DNA of 64,000 nt, from positions 184,404,107 to 184,468,106 of the forward strand of contig NC_085844.1 in the NCBI RefSeq assembly GCF_035594765.1. The letters run 5' to 3'. The notes beneath the pieces are model-generated. The model was not told the origin of the DNA. It did not search any database and saw only the letters and a list, made by a program, of their open reading frames with translations. The position numbers and the translations under genes are program-made. Positions 1-13,929 of this stretch are shown piece by piece (the stretch's first letter is position 1; each line of letters starts with the position of its first letter). This DNA comes from Anolis carolinensis. Its lineage: Eukaryota.

Positions 1-1022
1 CCCCAAATCAACCATTTTTACAAAGTGATCCTTGTTTCCGCTTTGTAGTGGAAAAAGGGATTATCACTCCTATCCCAATAAAATGTGGTTATAGGGAAAG
101 ATAACTAAGCAAAAATGCCTTGGATTTTTTTAGTTTTGCTTTGCACAAATAGTTTTTTGATTGGTAATTTTCTCTTCCATCTTAAGAAATAAAGCATGAT
201 TGTGTTAAAATATATACAAATATATTTTGATACTAGCAGTTATATTTGAAACCATTTTGAAAAGCAGGATAAAAATAAATAACCCTTTTCACAATAATCG
301 CCAACATGGATATCCTGCTTCCCACTATCGCTGAATTGACCGTATCATTGAACTATTTACCAGACTATAAGGTTTCCTTCTTGGCTACTGAATACCAGTG
401 TAGACTACCATGGTGTGTACCTTGCTGCACATAATTTTACATTTGTAATTCAGTCTCTGGGCAGTATCTCACTTGCTTAATCCATCTGGTGCTATCTGCT
501 AATTTAGTGATTTTCTTGTTAATTTGTCACTCGGTATCATTAGTTTATAGCAGTGTTTCTCAAACTGTGCTCCTCCAGGTGTTTTGGACATCAGCTCTCA
601 GAAATCCCAGCCAGCTTGCCAGGTGTTAGGAATTGTGGGAGCCATGTTTTTCCCTTATGATAATAACAAGAGAAAAAATGGTGCTCCTGGACGTTATAGT
701 AATACGCTGTCAATTCTCATGCTATTTGAATGGGTGAACTAAATTAGGCTGTTATAAATTAGAGCCTGTATTATTAATTCCAGGAAGTTCTTAAGTTTTC
801 TCCCCAGCTTTATGAATATATATACATAAACTATAAATAAACAATTAAAGAAAAACTTATATAGAGTTATTTAATTTTACATATATTTTTTTAAAAAAAA
901 ACTATATCAGATACAAGCATTTGGTTTCTTATACCAGCTATTCCAAGTAGCTACTTGGTAGTTTGAGGACTGTGGCTAGAAGTTGCTCTCATCTGCTGTC
1001 CCCCATAGGAGGTCTCCTTATC

Positions 1023-4000
1023 TTACATACTGAGCCAGGCCAATTTCATCTTCTGGCTGTGACCTCTGGAGGGTTTTGCAAATAAACTTTTTACAATCTG
1101 AAGTGGCACTGACTTCCCACTGAGGTACAGTTTGTTGTGGCAGTCCGGCAACCAAGGCCCTTCACTTGAGTCTCTGTGTTCATCATTCTTGAGCATATGT
1201 ACATATGCCATTATGTAACCTGTCATGAAGGCATCAAACCCAGCCCTGTGAATACCTCCCTCTGAACTGCAAGGCAGAGACACTGCTGGGTTCTCTGTGC
1301 CTGGTAAGTAGTCCGCCGCCAATGCACACTCAACTGGGGCCTTGGGCCTTGATCCTTCAGGCCCTGCTCCCTCCTCCTGTTGGCCATCTCTGGAAGGTGA
1401 GGAAATGGAGCCCTCACTGTCAGCCAAGTTGATTTGTTCTTCATCCATTTTGGTATCACCTGCAGTATCAGAACCTAGTTCCCGTTCCACATCCATAAAA
1501 CTCTCCTCATTGCTGGAGGCAGGTCCTCTCCCTGCACCGTCTGCAGCAGCAATAGTGCTGCTAGGACAGGACTGTTTGGAGGGTGGCCCATCTTCCATGT
1601 TGCAATATTCACCCCCATTCTTCTCAGCTCTTTCCAACTCAGGTTTGTTAGAGGGATCTGCAGCACTCTTACGCCGCCTCCATCTTGGCTTCCTCTTCTT
1701 CCTCTTCCCCTCTTTGTGGTTTTCATCTTCAGTAATTATTAGTTCAATGTTATGAGACTGTGAACACCTTGGTCCATCTGGGCACCAGCCATACGCCTGA
1801 GGGAGGATGAAAATCATTAGCAGAGCTGAAAAAGAATTTGCATTGGACTAGAGGGGCCCCTGGTGGCACAGTGTGTTAAAGCGCTGAGTTGCTGAACTTG
1901 TGGACCAAAAGGTCCCAGGTTCAAATCCCGGGAGTGGAATGGGCGCCCGCTATTAGCCCCAGCTCCTGCCAACCTAGCAGTTCATGCAAATGTGAGTAGA
2001 TCAATAGGTACCGCTCCGGCAGGAAGGTAACAGTGCTCCATGCAGTCATGCCAGCCACATGACCTTGGAGGTGTCTATGGACAACGCAAGCTCTTCGGCT
2101 TAGAAATGGAGATGAGCACCAACCCCCAGAGTCAGTCACGACTGGACTTAACATCAGGGAAAACCTTTAGCTTTTAGAGTACTTCCAACTCCTAAACATT
2201 TATGTGACTGAAATCACAGCAACCTGATTCCCTAGAGAGCAGCAGGACTACGGTAATATTCCAGACTATCAATACCTCCTTGGTTGGGTCACACATCCCA
2301 TTTATTCCTAATATTTAAAAAGCAGCACCCGAATATCCAAGAAAAAGATTCCATCTTTTAATGATTCACCAGTCAGAATAAACATTTACCTCCCACTACT
2401 GGATACCCAGCAATCAAGATAATTGTTAAGACCCAATATCTAGAAGATCTGTCTCTCACATACTGGTTAGCCTGTCCTTTTAAGTCCTCACTGCAGAATA
2501 AACAGAGTATAGAATCACCTATATGCAAACTACCCTGAGAAGCATGTTATTTATTTATACCCTGCTTTTCAAACTGACATACACTTGATCTTTAAAATAA
2601 TGCAGTGAGATGGTAAGGCCAATAGTGTTACTGGGTGAAGGTTTCCCAATAAGTTTCCACAGCCCAATAGGGAACTGAGTCTGGATTTGCTAAATCCCAG
2701 TCCAAGCCTTTAATCACTACACTATGCTGGATCTTTAAGAATCTGAACAAAATTATGGTTTTGACAAGCAATTTGTGGCCCTTGAGATAACATGTGACTG
2801 CAACTCCCATCAGACCTAGCCAGCAGGAAGGGTGATGGGAGCTTAAGTCCCAGAGCCTCTCGAAGTTCCCTCACCACTTTAAACTATGGGAAGCAAAGGG
2901 GAGGGAGACTTACAGAAAATGTCTGGCAGGTAGTGACTTTATTTGCAGTGTCATTTCCAGGTTGGCTGATATCAGACAGAGAACAGAGGCGGTAGTCAAT
3001 ATAGGAAGCTATGCTGGCAGGGTAGCTGCAGAACTCTATGGTGAGGTGCTCCTTCTTGGAGTCTTTCAATCTGCAATTTTCTCTCTTGCTGAAACAGAAG
3101 AACTGCATTAAAACTAGAAGAAAATAAACTGCCTTCAGAAATGGTTATTACTCTGTATCCAGAATCAGGGCAGTTTGTGACCTTCCAGATGATGTTAGAA
3201 TACTAGCCCAGCTAACACAACACAAGCAAAAGACTTTGAAACAGTCAAAATCCAATGTACTAATGCCTTGAAAAATCTCTCCAGCTACTACAAAGATAAC
3301 CACCTGAAGCCTAACCCTGCCAAGACACAAATGTGTGCTTTCCACTTCTGGAACTGTGAAGCCAATGGGAAATTGAAAGTTACCTGGGAAGGCCAAGAGC
3401 TTGAACATTGTTTACATCTTAAAAATCTTGGTGTCACCTTAGATCAAACAGTGACATATAGGAAACACTGCATGAACACCAAGCACAAAGTAGCTGCACG
3501 CAGTAACATCCTGCAGAAACATACTGGCAGCCCATGGGGTGCAGACCCAAAATTAGTAAGAACATCAACCCTGGCCTTGTCTTACTCAACTGCTGAGTAT
3601 GCCTGTCCTGTCTGGCACAAGTCTGCCCATGTGAAGCAGGTGGACATAGCACTGAACGAAACATGCAGAATAATCACAGGATGCCTTAAACCTACACCTG
3701 TTGATAAACTCTACAAGCCAGCTGGCATTCCCCCCCCCCCCCCAGGTGCAACGGGAAGTTGCTGTTAACTGTGAGAGAAATAAGGTTGAACACTGTGACA
3801 GCCACCCATTGCATGGCTATCAGACTCCTCCCAGTAGACTCAAATCAAGGAAAAGCTCCATGAGAACCACCACTCCTCTTAACGTTCCCCCAGCAACAGC
3901 GAGAGTGTCCCTCTGGGCAGCTATGCCAGGAAATCCCAGTTGGATGGCCCCCCACAAAGGTCTGCCTCTAAGAGCAAACCAAGAATGGGCAACTTGGAAG

Positions 4001-7000
4001 TCCCTGAACAGACTCAAGTGGAGTGGGCAGATCAAAAAACAACCTGGCAAAATGGCACTACCTAAAAGAATCCTCCACTTTGTGCAACTGTGGAGCAGAG
4101 CAGACAACTCCCATCTGTATGCTTGTCTGCAGTGTCCTGCCTCATGTACAGAGGAATAATTGTTTGAGGCTACAGACAATGCAATCGCTGTTGCCTGTTG
4201 TTGGTCAAAAGATATTTAGCCACTTGTGCTTCTTCTATTTTTTTATGCGTTTTATTTCTAATTTATGCAATGCTTTTGATACAAAAGTCCAGCTAACGGC
4301 TCCCAGCCGAACACAGACAACAAATTAGCCACCAGGAAAGCTCTTTTGGTGTACAGGGGGAAAAAACAATGGTAGAAACAGAAATCAGAAAGTAAAATAT
4401 GCTTCCTCCTTTAGAACAGTGCAGCTCAAAACAATAGCCCTGGACCAGTGTGTCTCTGAGCCAATGACCACTGGTCCTTGACTGGTTTACTGGGGTGAGG
4501 TGCGGAGGAGCAATTATTCCCAATGGGCAGAAATATGTTACTGGTTTCCCACAGTTCTCAGACAAACTGAGAAGTACTATTTAGATGGCAGTACAATTTT
4601 ACATCAATTTATTTTGCATCAACCATTCTGGTAGTGCAAAATAAAGTGAAGGATCACTTTTTCCCATCCAAAATTTCTCCATGTGCCAGAGGAATAAGAT
4701 TGCTAGTGACTATAAATAATAGCTGGCTAACTACAGACATTTTAGTTCTTATCCTGCACCAACCCATTCATTTGAGAATCAGATGATGTTCTTGCACAGT
4801 TTGGCAAGCAACACAGAAACAGACCTGATCCCAAATGTATTCCAGAAATCCATGCCAGAATGTGAAAGCTTCACCCAAATAGGAATGCTTACCACTTTTT
4901 GTAGGCATACTCTAAGTAAGAGGCCACAAAACGTGTCTCAAACTCAGAAGCATACTTGGTGTCATAGATCCCAGCTGGGAACATCTCTGAAAGGTCACCA
5001 GTAAATGTACCCAAGTTATCAGGTAGCTGAGCATAGAAACACTGGTACAAGAAGACCAAATCGATTAGGCCATTATGTAGGATGAGAGGCTTTCGAGCTC
5101 GAATCAGTTCCAGGAAAAAAGTACGAACAGTCTGGCTCTCGTTTTCATTTCCCTTAGATGGGAGAAGGAGAGAGAAAGTAAGTAAACTCCATCTCTAAGG
5201 CATACATGAGCTTTCCTATTATGAGAATCACTTCTGTTTCGGAAAACCCATCCCACAGCCTCATATGGTAAGGGATTTTAGGACCAGCCCTCCTCAATAC
5301 AATTTACAATATAAATGCAACAGAGCCCAGAATATAACAAAGGAAACAAAACATCCTCGGTCATGGTTTGCCACCAGTTAAAGCACTGGCAAGAATAGCA
5401 TATAGGAACTCCATATACTAAGCCCACAATTTTCAATGATGTTTCCAATCAATGCCTCTGAAAGATATTACCACTAGTTAGCTCCTTGATCCCAACATGA
5501 TGTCATAAGAGGACACAGACTTGTTTTCTGCTACCCTCGAGATTAGGACTCGGAGCAATGGGTTCAAATTACAGGAAATGAGATTCCATCTGGACATTAG
5601 AAAGAACTTCCTGACCGTATGACCTATTCAACAGTGGGATTCACTGCCTCGGGGTGTGGTGGAAGGTGTGGTCCTTCCTTGGAGATATTTAAACAGAGGC
5701 TGGATGACCATCGGTGGGGGTACTTTGTGCTTTTTCCTGAATGGCAGGGGGTTGGACTGGATGGCCTTGGGGTCTCTTCCAACTCTATTATTCTATAATT
5801 CTGACTGTTTTCTCAGCTAGTGGAATGAGTGTCTCATAGACTGATAACGGGTGTACAATTCTCCAAGGCTAAAGGGCTACACTGGCATCTGAGGAGACCT
5901 TGGAGAAAAACATAACCCACTGCAAGAAGAATTCGATCCCCCACCCAAAAGTTATGTTCTGTTTTTAAAAAATGCCTCTCCTGGGCATGAAATAGTCCTG
6001 CGGACACACTGCATTTAACCCGCCCCTACACCACAGAGTTTTCTGTTAAAAAAACGTGGATTAGCATAAACTCAACATCTAATGTTCTGGCTCAGGTGGA
6101 AGTACATCTTTCAGCAACCATACTATGAAGTAAAATATTCATCTAGGATGCTAACTGAATAAGACCACTTTTCAAGTATTTATTTGTAAAAGACTATTCA
6201 CATTTGTATTCCAGAGACCCAACAGTAAACACTATAATTAAAACATACAACTAATTAAATAAAAACACCTCCCAATGGTGCCCTCATACCTTGTCATTGC
6301 CCTTATGATAAGGAATCCCCTGAGAATACTGTTTGTTGAAGTCAAAGCCATGTTGTACCAGGAACTGAACTGATTGTGGTTCAATGACATAATCCTCCAT
6401 GCAGAGCAGGGTCAGATTGTAGATCTGGGAAAGGTATGTGTTTTCTGTCTGAAAATATATGCCAGCCCAATGAAAAAGAACAGAACAGAAAAAGAGCAAC
6501 AGTTACTTCCTAGAAGACTATAAGTTCCCTTTATTAATTTAAAAACAAAGCTAGTAGTTATATATATATTCATTCCTTTAGGGATTATTCTTAAGGCTTA
6601 CCAATTTTTACCATTCTCCACATCTATGTCTCAGCATTAACATACATTTAACTCACAAACAATTAAATGAAAAAAATGACAAGCTGAGCACCATACCTTG
6701 TCAAGTAGCTGTTTGAAACAAGCAATTCCAAGAGATAAAATGGAGCGTGTCCGGGCAGCAGTACAAACAGCCTTGTAGCGCTCTTCAATACATCTGTGAG
6801 AGAAGCATCACTCAGTAGGAAGCAAACTTAATGATAAGACTTTGGGATCATTCTGCCATAGCTTCCTTAGATTTTCTTTCTTATATAACAGGTTTCTTCT
6901 TCACATTCAATTGGACACAATCATGCACTTGGGATGACTTCCAAAAGTGGAATAATTTTTGAATCACATCTTAAATAATACACAATAGAAACACTACACA

Positions 7001-10000
7001 ATACCCAATGAAGTATAGTATGTTGAAACAACTCTTGGGATAAGTAGGGGAAGATTCCTGAGAACATTCTGTGGACGCTTTGTGCACAAGTTAGTCCACA
7101 ATTGTGGCAAATCCCTATATTCTGATGCAGCTCAATTAACGGCCTGCAAGGAAACTGGAATAGGTTTATTTCAGATTTTATTGTCTAATGTGCATTCAGA
7201 ACTTAAGCTCTTTTTATAATAAATCATTAATAATTTACACAGAATAAAAGACAACACAGACTAAAATAATAACATTTTACACTGACTAAAAACACTAAAC
7301 AATTGAACAAATTAAACCCTGTGTAGAAATACATTTTGGGAGAAAAAACTCGGGCAACTAATGCTTGAATAAAAAGCCATGCTTTTACTTGGTACCACAA
7401 AGAAATAAGCACAGATGGAAATGGACCTCCAAGGAGAGAACATTCTACAATGGTATATTTACTGCAAAATAAGGCTCTCATTTATGTTTTCCCACAATAT
7501 ATTGTTCAATTGATGGGAGACAGAAGAAAGCTCCTCAATTCCTCAGTAAGTGAAAAGGTTCATCTTGATGGGTGGAAACCAATTAGTAATTGCTTTTAGG
7601 GGAACTCTTGAAAAGAAAGGTCCACCAAGATGGAAATCTCCCTGACTAAAACAGAAACAAACAGGAAAATACAACAGAAGCGAAACATTTATATTTAGCT
7701 TATTACTTACTGGTTCAGCAAACTCTTCCTTGATCCAAGCCCACTAAGTTCCTACAGAGAAGAATAAATGTTAGACTTTCACTACCTGATGTTGTAAGAT
7801 AGGCAACTGTGTACAATGGATATGGGGAAGATGTAGGTCAGCAGTATGAACATGCAAATTTTCCCAAGTTCAATCACTGATATTCAAGATAGGGTTGGAA
7901 ATCACTTCTGTCTGAAACACCAAAGACTTACTATAGATTTATTTATTTCATGTCAAAAGCATTGCATAATAAATAAATTTAAAAGTGATGAAATAAAGGA
8001 AATCACAAGCAGCTAAATAGTTTTAACCAAAAAGCGGGCAACAGCGACCACACTGTCCGTAGCTTTAAACAACTCCTCTGTACATGAGGCAGGACAGTGT
8101 GGGCAAGCATACATATGCGGAGTTGTTTGTTCTGCTCCACAGTCACACAAGGTGGAGGATTCCTCCAGGTAGTGCCACCTTCCCAAGTTGTCTTTTGATC
8201 TGCCCACTCCGCTTCTGAATCTGTTTAGGGACTTCCAAGTTGCCCATTCTTGCTTTGCCCCTGGAGAAAGACCCTCATGGGGGGCCATCCAGTTAGAATT
8301 GCCTGGTTTAGCTGCCCAGAGGGATACTCTTGCTGTTGCTGGAGGAACATCAAGAGGAGTGGAGGTTCTCATGAAGCCCTTCCTTGATTTGAGTCTACTG
8401 GGAGGAGACTGATAGTCATGCAGTGGGTGGCTTTCACAATGTTCAACCTTATTTCTCTCACAGTTAGCAGCAACTTGAGTCCTCTTGGGGAGAAGGGCAG
8501 GGTAGAAATATCGGAAATAAATAAATAATAAATAAACTTCCTGTTGCACGTCAGGAGGGGCAATGCGAGCTAACTTGTAGAGTTTATCAACGGGTGTAGG
8601 TTTAAGGCATCCTGTGATTATTCTGCATGTTTCGTTCAGTGCTATTTCCACTTGCTTCGCATGGGCAGACTTGTGCCAGACAGAACAGGCATACTCAGCA
8701 GTTGAGTAAGACAAGGCCAGGGCTGATGTTCTTATTAACTGTGGGTCTGCACCCCATGCACTGCCAGTAAGTTTCCGCAGGATGTTGTTGCGTGCAGCTA
8801 CTTTGTGCTTGGTGTTCATGCAGTGTTTCCTATATTTTAGTATTCGATCTAAGGTGACACCAAGGTATTTAGGATGGAAACAGTGTTCAAGCTCTTGGCC
8901 TTCACAAGTAACTTTCAGTTTCCTGTTGGCTTCACGGTTACATAGGTGGAAAGCACACACTTGTGTCTTGGCAGGGTTAGGCTTCAGGTGGTTCTCTTTG
9001 TAGTAGCTGGAGAGATCTTTCAAGGCATTAGTGAGTTGGTTTTCAACTGTTTCAAAATCTTTTGCTTGTGTTGTTAGGCCAAGATCATTGTCATACATAA
9101 AACTCTTTGTGAGTGGTGGTTGTAGCTGATCATTGGTGAAGATGTTAAATAAGGTCGGTGCAAGGACACTGCCTTGGAGTAAACCATTCTTTTGCCTCCT
9201 CCATCTACTTTTCCGGCCCTGAAACTCCACAAAGAAGCTGCGGTTTTCCAGGCTATTCTGGACAGTTTTTGTAAAGTCAAAGTCCCGGGTGATATGGTAG
9301 ACTTTATGCAGCATTTTTCTATGTTGCACTGTGCCATAGGCTGCCATAAGGTCCACAAAAACTGTTCCCGTAATGCAGCCTTTCTCATAGCCTTCCTCGA
9401 TATGCTCAGTCAAATGAAGAATTTGACCTGTACAGTTTTTCCTTGGTCTGAAACCTGCTTGTTGTGCAATAAGTTTGGGTTCGATAACAGGTCCTAATCG
9501 ATTTAATAGCATCCTCTCATATACTTTATATAGATGACATAAGAGAGAGATTGGTCGGTAGCTTTGGAGGCATCTTTACCGGGTTTTCAAATGGCAATTA
9601 TCTTAGTTTTCCTCCATACTCTGGGAATCTGTTTGTGTGCCAAGCATTGATTGTAGAATTTCAAAAGCTAGTTTTCAGCTTTGGGCCCCAAGTGTTTGAT
9701 TTGCTCTATCATTAAGTCATCTAGGCCTGGGGCTTTACCAGTTTTATATCACTTGATGGCTTCTCTGAGTTCTTTCAGGTTTAGAGGAGAAGACAACTGG
9801 TGGGTTTCAAGTTCTGGCACCCTGTTGATTTTCAGCTTTACTGCGGTTGGTTTTCCCATTCTGAATTAGCTGGTGAGCTATCTGGTCTGGTGTTACGTTT
9901 GCATGTCCAGAGGGTCACTATCCAGGCGTCTCAGCAATTGCCAGGCTCTTCGGCTGCTCTTGGACGTATCAAGATTCTTAAGCAGCTCTATCCAGCGGTC

Positions 10001-10949
10001 TTTCTTAGCATTAGCTAAGGCTGTAGATAATTTTTGGCCTGCTGCTATAGTCTCATCGCAATAAAGATTCTCTTGAAATAGTCTGAGATATTCCTGTAGC
10101 TGATTTAGCGATTCTTCATTTAGGCCTGGTAGGTAGCTTGTGTGATAGCCTCTAGGGATTGAGAGCCTTGAGGATCTTTTCACAGCTTCTACAAACAGGT
10201 CATAATTTTCTATAGAAGGTTCTATATCAGAAATAACAGCTTCCAAGGTCTCTGTAAACTTTGTCAAGTTAGCTTTATTGAAATTATATCTTCTGCGGAA
10301 TGGGACACTTTTTGGTCTTACAGCTGCATATGCTACACAGCATATTGGTCTGTGTTGTGAGTTAGGTATCGGGTTTAATACCCTTTTGATGCATTGGTGG
10401 ATTATGCTTTCATTTACAAAAATCAGATCAGGGTTATAACCATGCTTCCATCGGCCGCTATTAAATGATAATAATAATAGATAATATTGAGTAGATGGAT
10501 AACTGATTCTCCAAGACAGAGCACATGCTATTGTTCCCCTGAACATAGAGGCAATTGCCTTCAAGCAATTGGAAAAAAATAATACATACCCAACTAAGAC
10601 CTAAGGTTATTTTCTGCATTAGTATTACTTTCCAAAACACCACTTCTCACTAAGTGGAAGACACCCTGAAGAAATCAGATTTCCTTTTTGTCTCTAAGCA
10701 TCAGCTGAAGAACACCATGCCTACATTTCCAAAAAAAGACTGACTAGCCACCATTCAAAAAACAACCACACAGCTCTTGAGACTTCACTGCACACATGCT
10801 ATCCCTGTTAGTAAATAGAGAAAAGCACCTTTACTCACCGTGTCAACAGCTACAAAGCTAGACGTTTGAATGGCCAGAAGCATGGATGGCCAGAGTTCTT
10901 TGAAATTATCATTCTGGACATCAATGACTGGTACCTTCAAGGAAGCCAT
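1023..10949 (-). CDS. TOE1: Target of EGR1 protein 1 (CAF1/DEDD-family deadenylase with CCCH zinc finger), 7 coding exons, about 538 aa
   Basis: Exons on the minus strand: 10949-10839, 7751-7711, 6793-6697, 6448-6290, 5152-4893, 3088-2914, 1796-1023. All introns are GT-AG, phases are consistent, total 1617 nt. The translation starts [43 protein letters not shown] (DxE exonuclease motif). It also contains [16 protein letters not shown], a C-x8-C-x5-C-x3-H finger split across exons 6 and 7, a basic NLS ([13 protein letters not shown]) and [11 protein letters not shown]. Confidence 0.96.
1852..2172 (+). mobile_element. Sauria SINE
   Basis: tRNA-like head (TGGTGGCACAGTGTG...GGTTCAAATCCC) and an ACCTTT tail; near-identical to other copies in the window. 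Confidence 0.85.
3217..4288 (+). mobile_element. 5'-truncated Vingi/I-group LINE (RT C-terminus)
   Basis: The ORFs at 3268, 3701 and 4023 are frameshifted pieces homologous to the 8013-9512 ORF. TSD CCAGCTAAC at 3208-3216 and 4289-4297. Confidence 0.8.
5515..5802 (+). mobile_element. CR1 LINE 3' fragment
   Basis: Typical CR1 3' end GGGGTTGGACTGGATGGCC...TTCCAACTCTATTATTCTAT. Confidence 0.7.
7938..10460 (-). mobile_element. Vingi/I-group LINE, 5'-truncated, degenerate endonuclease and RT
   Basis: ORF 9893-10564 carries the APE endonuclease end (YNPDLIFV...SQHRPI). ORF 8013-9512 has RT motifs [25 protein letters not shown] (degenerate YADD) and YLGVTLD, plus a C-terminal CDCG...H zinc knuckle. 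Confidence 0.85.
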
Positions 10950-11383
10950 CTTCACACAGCTGTTAGACAGAAAACATGCAGCATTAAAAAAATTCAGAAA
11001 CTATGCAAGCAGAACCTGTGATTAAGAGAAACAAAAGAACTATTAGAAAATGCCAGAGAGATGTCACAAAGCATAACAACTCAAACATAAGGGAAAGCAC
11101 AAATGATTTCATATGACAGAAAGTTGAAAGCTAACAAATAGTCTTGTGGTGTGCTTTAAATTAATATTATAAGGCATAAACTTCTATAATATTATCCCAC
11201 TCTATCATATATATGGCTTTCCCCTTAACCTTCCCTACTGTTTTATGAAAAACAAGTGCATCCAATCACTTCCTACCATTAAAGCAATCAAAAGATAGGC
11301 AAGACCAGGTATTGTTCTCAGTTTTTTAGGTGTATATATTTTGTTCAACACCACTTAAACTAATATGGCTCAATGCTATGTAA

Positions 11384-11517
11384 CAGTGGTTCTCAACCTG
11401 TAGGTCCCCAGATGTTTTGGCCTTCAACTCCCAGAAAGCCTAACAGCTGGTAAACTGGCTAGGATTTCTGGGAGTTGTAGGCCAAAACACCTGGGAACCC
11501 ACAGGTTGAGAACCACT
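11384..11517. mobile_element. hAT-type palindromic MITE
   Basis: TIRs CAGTGGTTCTCAACC/GGTTGAGAACCACTG with an internal inverted repeat. Confidence 0.75.
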
Positions 11518-12009
11518 GCTGTACAATAATGGTGAAGCACCATCACTCTTTGGCAGAGAAGACTAAAGGCCTTGTCAAATTACAGCTCCCATGATTCCAT
11601 ACCATTGTGACATGACAGTTAAAGTGGGGTCAAAATGCATTAATTCTACAGTGTAGATGCATCTGTACAGCTCTAACTTTTGCTGTCCCCTAGTCTCTGA
11701 CTAGCAATTTGCTTAGGAAATACACAAAGTGCAAATAAAATTATTGAATAAAGCAGCAAGTCTCCTCCTCTAAAAAAATCAATATTAAGCTTCCCCTCTA
11801 GATTCAGCATTTAGGCCGATACTTTCTTATGTTATTTTAACATTATAAACCCACTTCTTCAGATGCAGTGCAGAGTAATATTAAAATCTTTGGTATAAAA
11901 TATTTATATAGTTTTGGGAATGTGATAAAAAGATTCAAATCAGGTTCCTTGCCCTAAATTTTCAGAGGGCTGAGCAAGATTATGCTGTTTTTTCAGATCT
12001 CTACAGTGG

Positions 12010-12240
12010 TTTTTTTTATCGTGTCAGAAGTGACTTGAGAACATACTGCAAGTCACTTCTAGTGTGAGAGAATGGCAGTCTACAGAGACATTGCCCAGGG
12101 GACGCCGGGATGTTGTTTGCTGGGAGGCTTCTCTCATGTCCCCGCAAGCTAGAGCTGACAGACTCTGACCTGACAGGCAACCTTCAGGTCAGCAACCTAA
12201 CCTTCAGTTCAGCATTCAGCTGGCATAAAGGTTTAACTCG
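12010..12240 (-). mobile_element. tRNA-derived SINE (non-Sauria family), partial
   Basis: Homologous to the copies at 23576-23869 and 63472-63726. Confidence 0.65.
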
Positions 12241-12759
12241 TTCTACAGTGGTTAATTAGCTTGATTTGTGGGAGCAATAAATCTGCTCACCAAAAGTCAG
12301 TTTCCCCAAGAAAATTACTGTTGTTGTATCTGCAGGAGCAAGTAATGTGCCATAAAACAATGGTATATTTACTGCAAAATAAGCCCTCTATGAATGGACT
12401 GGAATTTATTTTCACTCATTGACACTGAATGCACCTACACTGTATAATTAATGTGATTTGACAGGACTTCAACTGCTGTAGCTGAATGCTATGGATTTGT
12501 GGTTTGGTGGGGCACCAGTATCAATTGGCAAAGCAGGTAACTCCCATGATTCCATAGCTTTCGGCCATGGCAGTTAAATGGTGTCAAACGGCATTAATTC
12601 TACTATGCCGATGCACTCTCTGGCTGCTCACTGGAAAGATCCGAAAGACCTTGATCACTCCTGAAAATGTAGGGCCAGGGACATGGCTCACATCTTTTAG
12701 GGTCCAGTTCCATCCCATCCCACTTTCAAAACTGTATGCTTGAGACTTTCATAGCATTG

Positions 12760-13240
12760 TGTTGTTGACTGCTTTCATGGCCGGAATCACTGGGTTGCTG
12801 TGAGTTTTCTAGGCTGTATGGCCATGTTCCAGAAGCATTCTCTCCTGACATTTCGCCCGCATCTATGGCAAGCATCCTTAGAGATTGTGAAGTACAGCAC
12901 TGTATAGTGGAAACTAGGCAAGTGGGGTTTATATATCTGGGAAATGTTCAGGGTGGGAGAAGTACCCCCCAACAAAGGATTCCCGTAGGCAGGGAATAGC
13001 CAGGCTTTAAGCTGCCAGGCTATTCAATGCTAATCAAGCTGGACAATTGCAACATTCACACTTCCAACAGATGAGAGTTCTTTCTCCTACCCTGGACATT
13101 CCACAGATATATAAACTCCACTTGCTTAGATTCCAAAAACTAATAACCTCTGAGGATGCCTGCCATAGGTGTGGGAGAAACGTCAGGAGAGAATGCTTCT
13201 GGAACATGGACATACAATCTAGAAAACTCACAGCAACCCA
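12760..13240. mobile_element. Penelope-like element terminal repeats in inverted arrangement
   Basis: CCAGAAGCATTCTCTCCTGAC... occurs in both orientations. The same unit is linked to GIY-YIG coding sequence at 48500-49390. Confidence 0.75.
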
Positions 13241-13426
13241 GTTTCACAGCATTTTATGCTGCATCCGAAGAAGTGGCCTTATATCCACGAAAACAAATGC
13301 TAAAATAAAAACCAATCAGTCTTAAAAGGGCTCTCGCATCCCTTTATTTCCCTCCCCTGCTCCTTTTTCTGCTGCAAGAGACTAACACGGCTAATTCTTT
13401 GAAACCCAATCCATAAATTCTGTCAC

Positions 13427-13520
13427 CTTCTTCTGCGAAGGAAGAAACCTCCTGAGACGAGCAGGCGTCGCTACAAGGCCACCATCTTCTTTCCCACTAC
13501 ATGCGCCAACTTCCGGTGCG
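13427..13520 (-). promoter_or_regulatory. TOE1: Probable TOE1 promoter and non-coding first exon
   Basis: CpG-rich patch with an ETS motif CCGGAAGT (13509-13516), a YY1-like AAGATGGTGGC and a splice donor AAG|GTGACA at 13427/13426. The ATG-containing exon has an acceptor at 10960-10961, which requires an upstream exon. Confidence 0.55.
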
Positions 13521-13929
13521 CTGCGGGGTCCTTCCCCTCCTGTCAGACCTTGCGCTTAGCTGTCTATGTACATGCCTTACTCACGTTCTCGCCACTTCAG
13601 TTTCATATCAAAGCGGTAAAATTTATAATAAGGATGGCTGTGCTTCCTCACCTTAAAAAGGCCAGTCAGCATTCATTTCTTACACAAGAAAAGTACAGCT
13701 GCCTTTTAAAAAAGGAGGCAGTATGAACTCTTGGGAAAAACACTTTAATGCTCTACTGACTCTACTGGTCGGTTTTTCACCCTGTAGAGATAAGGGTGCC
13801 GAAAACAACCAGGAAGGAGCCAGAATTAAAAACCATTGCTGTGACATGTTTTTGGGACTACATCTCCCAGAATTCCCGTCATTGGACAGCTTTTCTGGGG
13901 CTTCTGGGAGTTGAAGTCCACAAAAGTAT

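Noticed and set aside
1-900. TESK2 3' UTR on the plus strand
   Set aside because: It is expected from synteny and several AATAAA are present, but no coding sequence in the window supports it.
1852-1935. tRNA-like A/B boxes as tRNA genes
   Set aside because: They are SINE heads followed by SINE bodies.
8013-9512. 499-aa ORF as a functional RT gene
   Set aside because: 5'-truncated LINE with a degenerate catalytic motif and frameshifts upstream.
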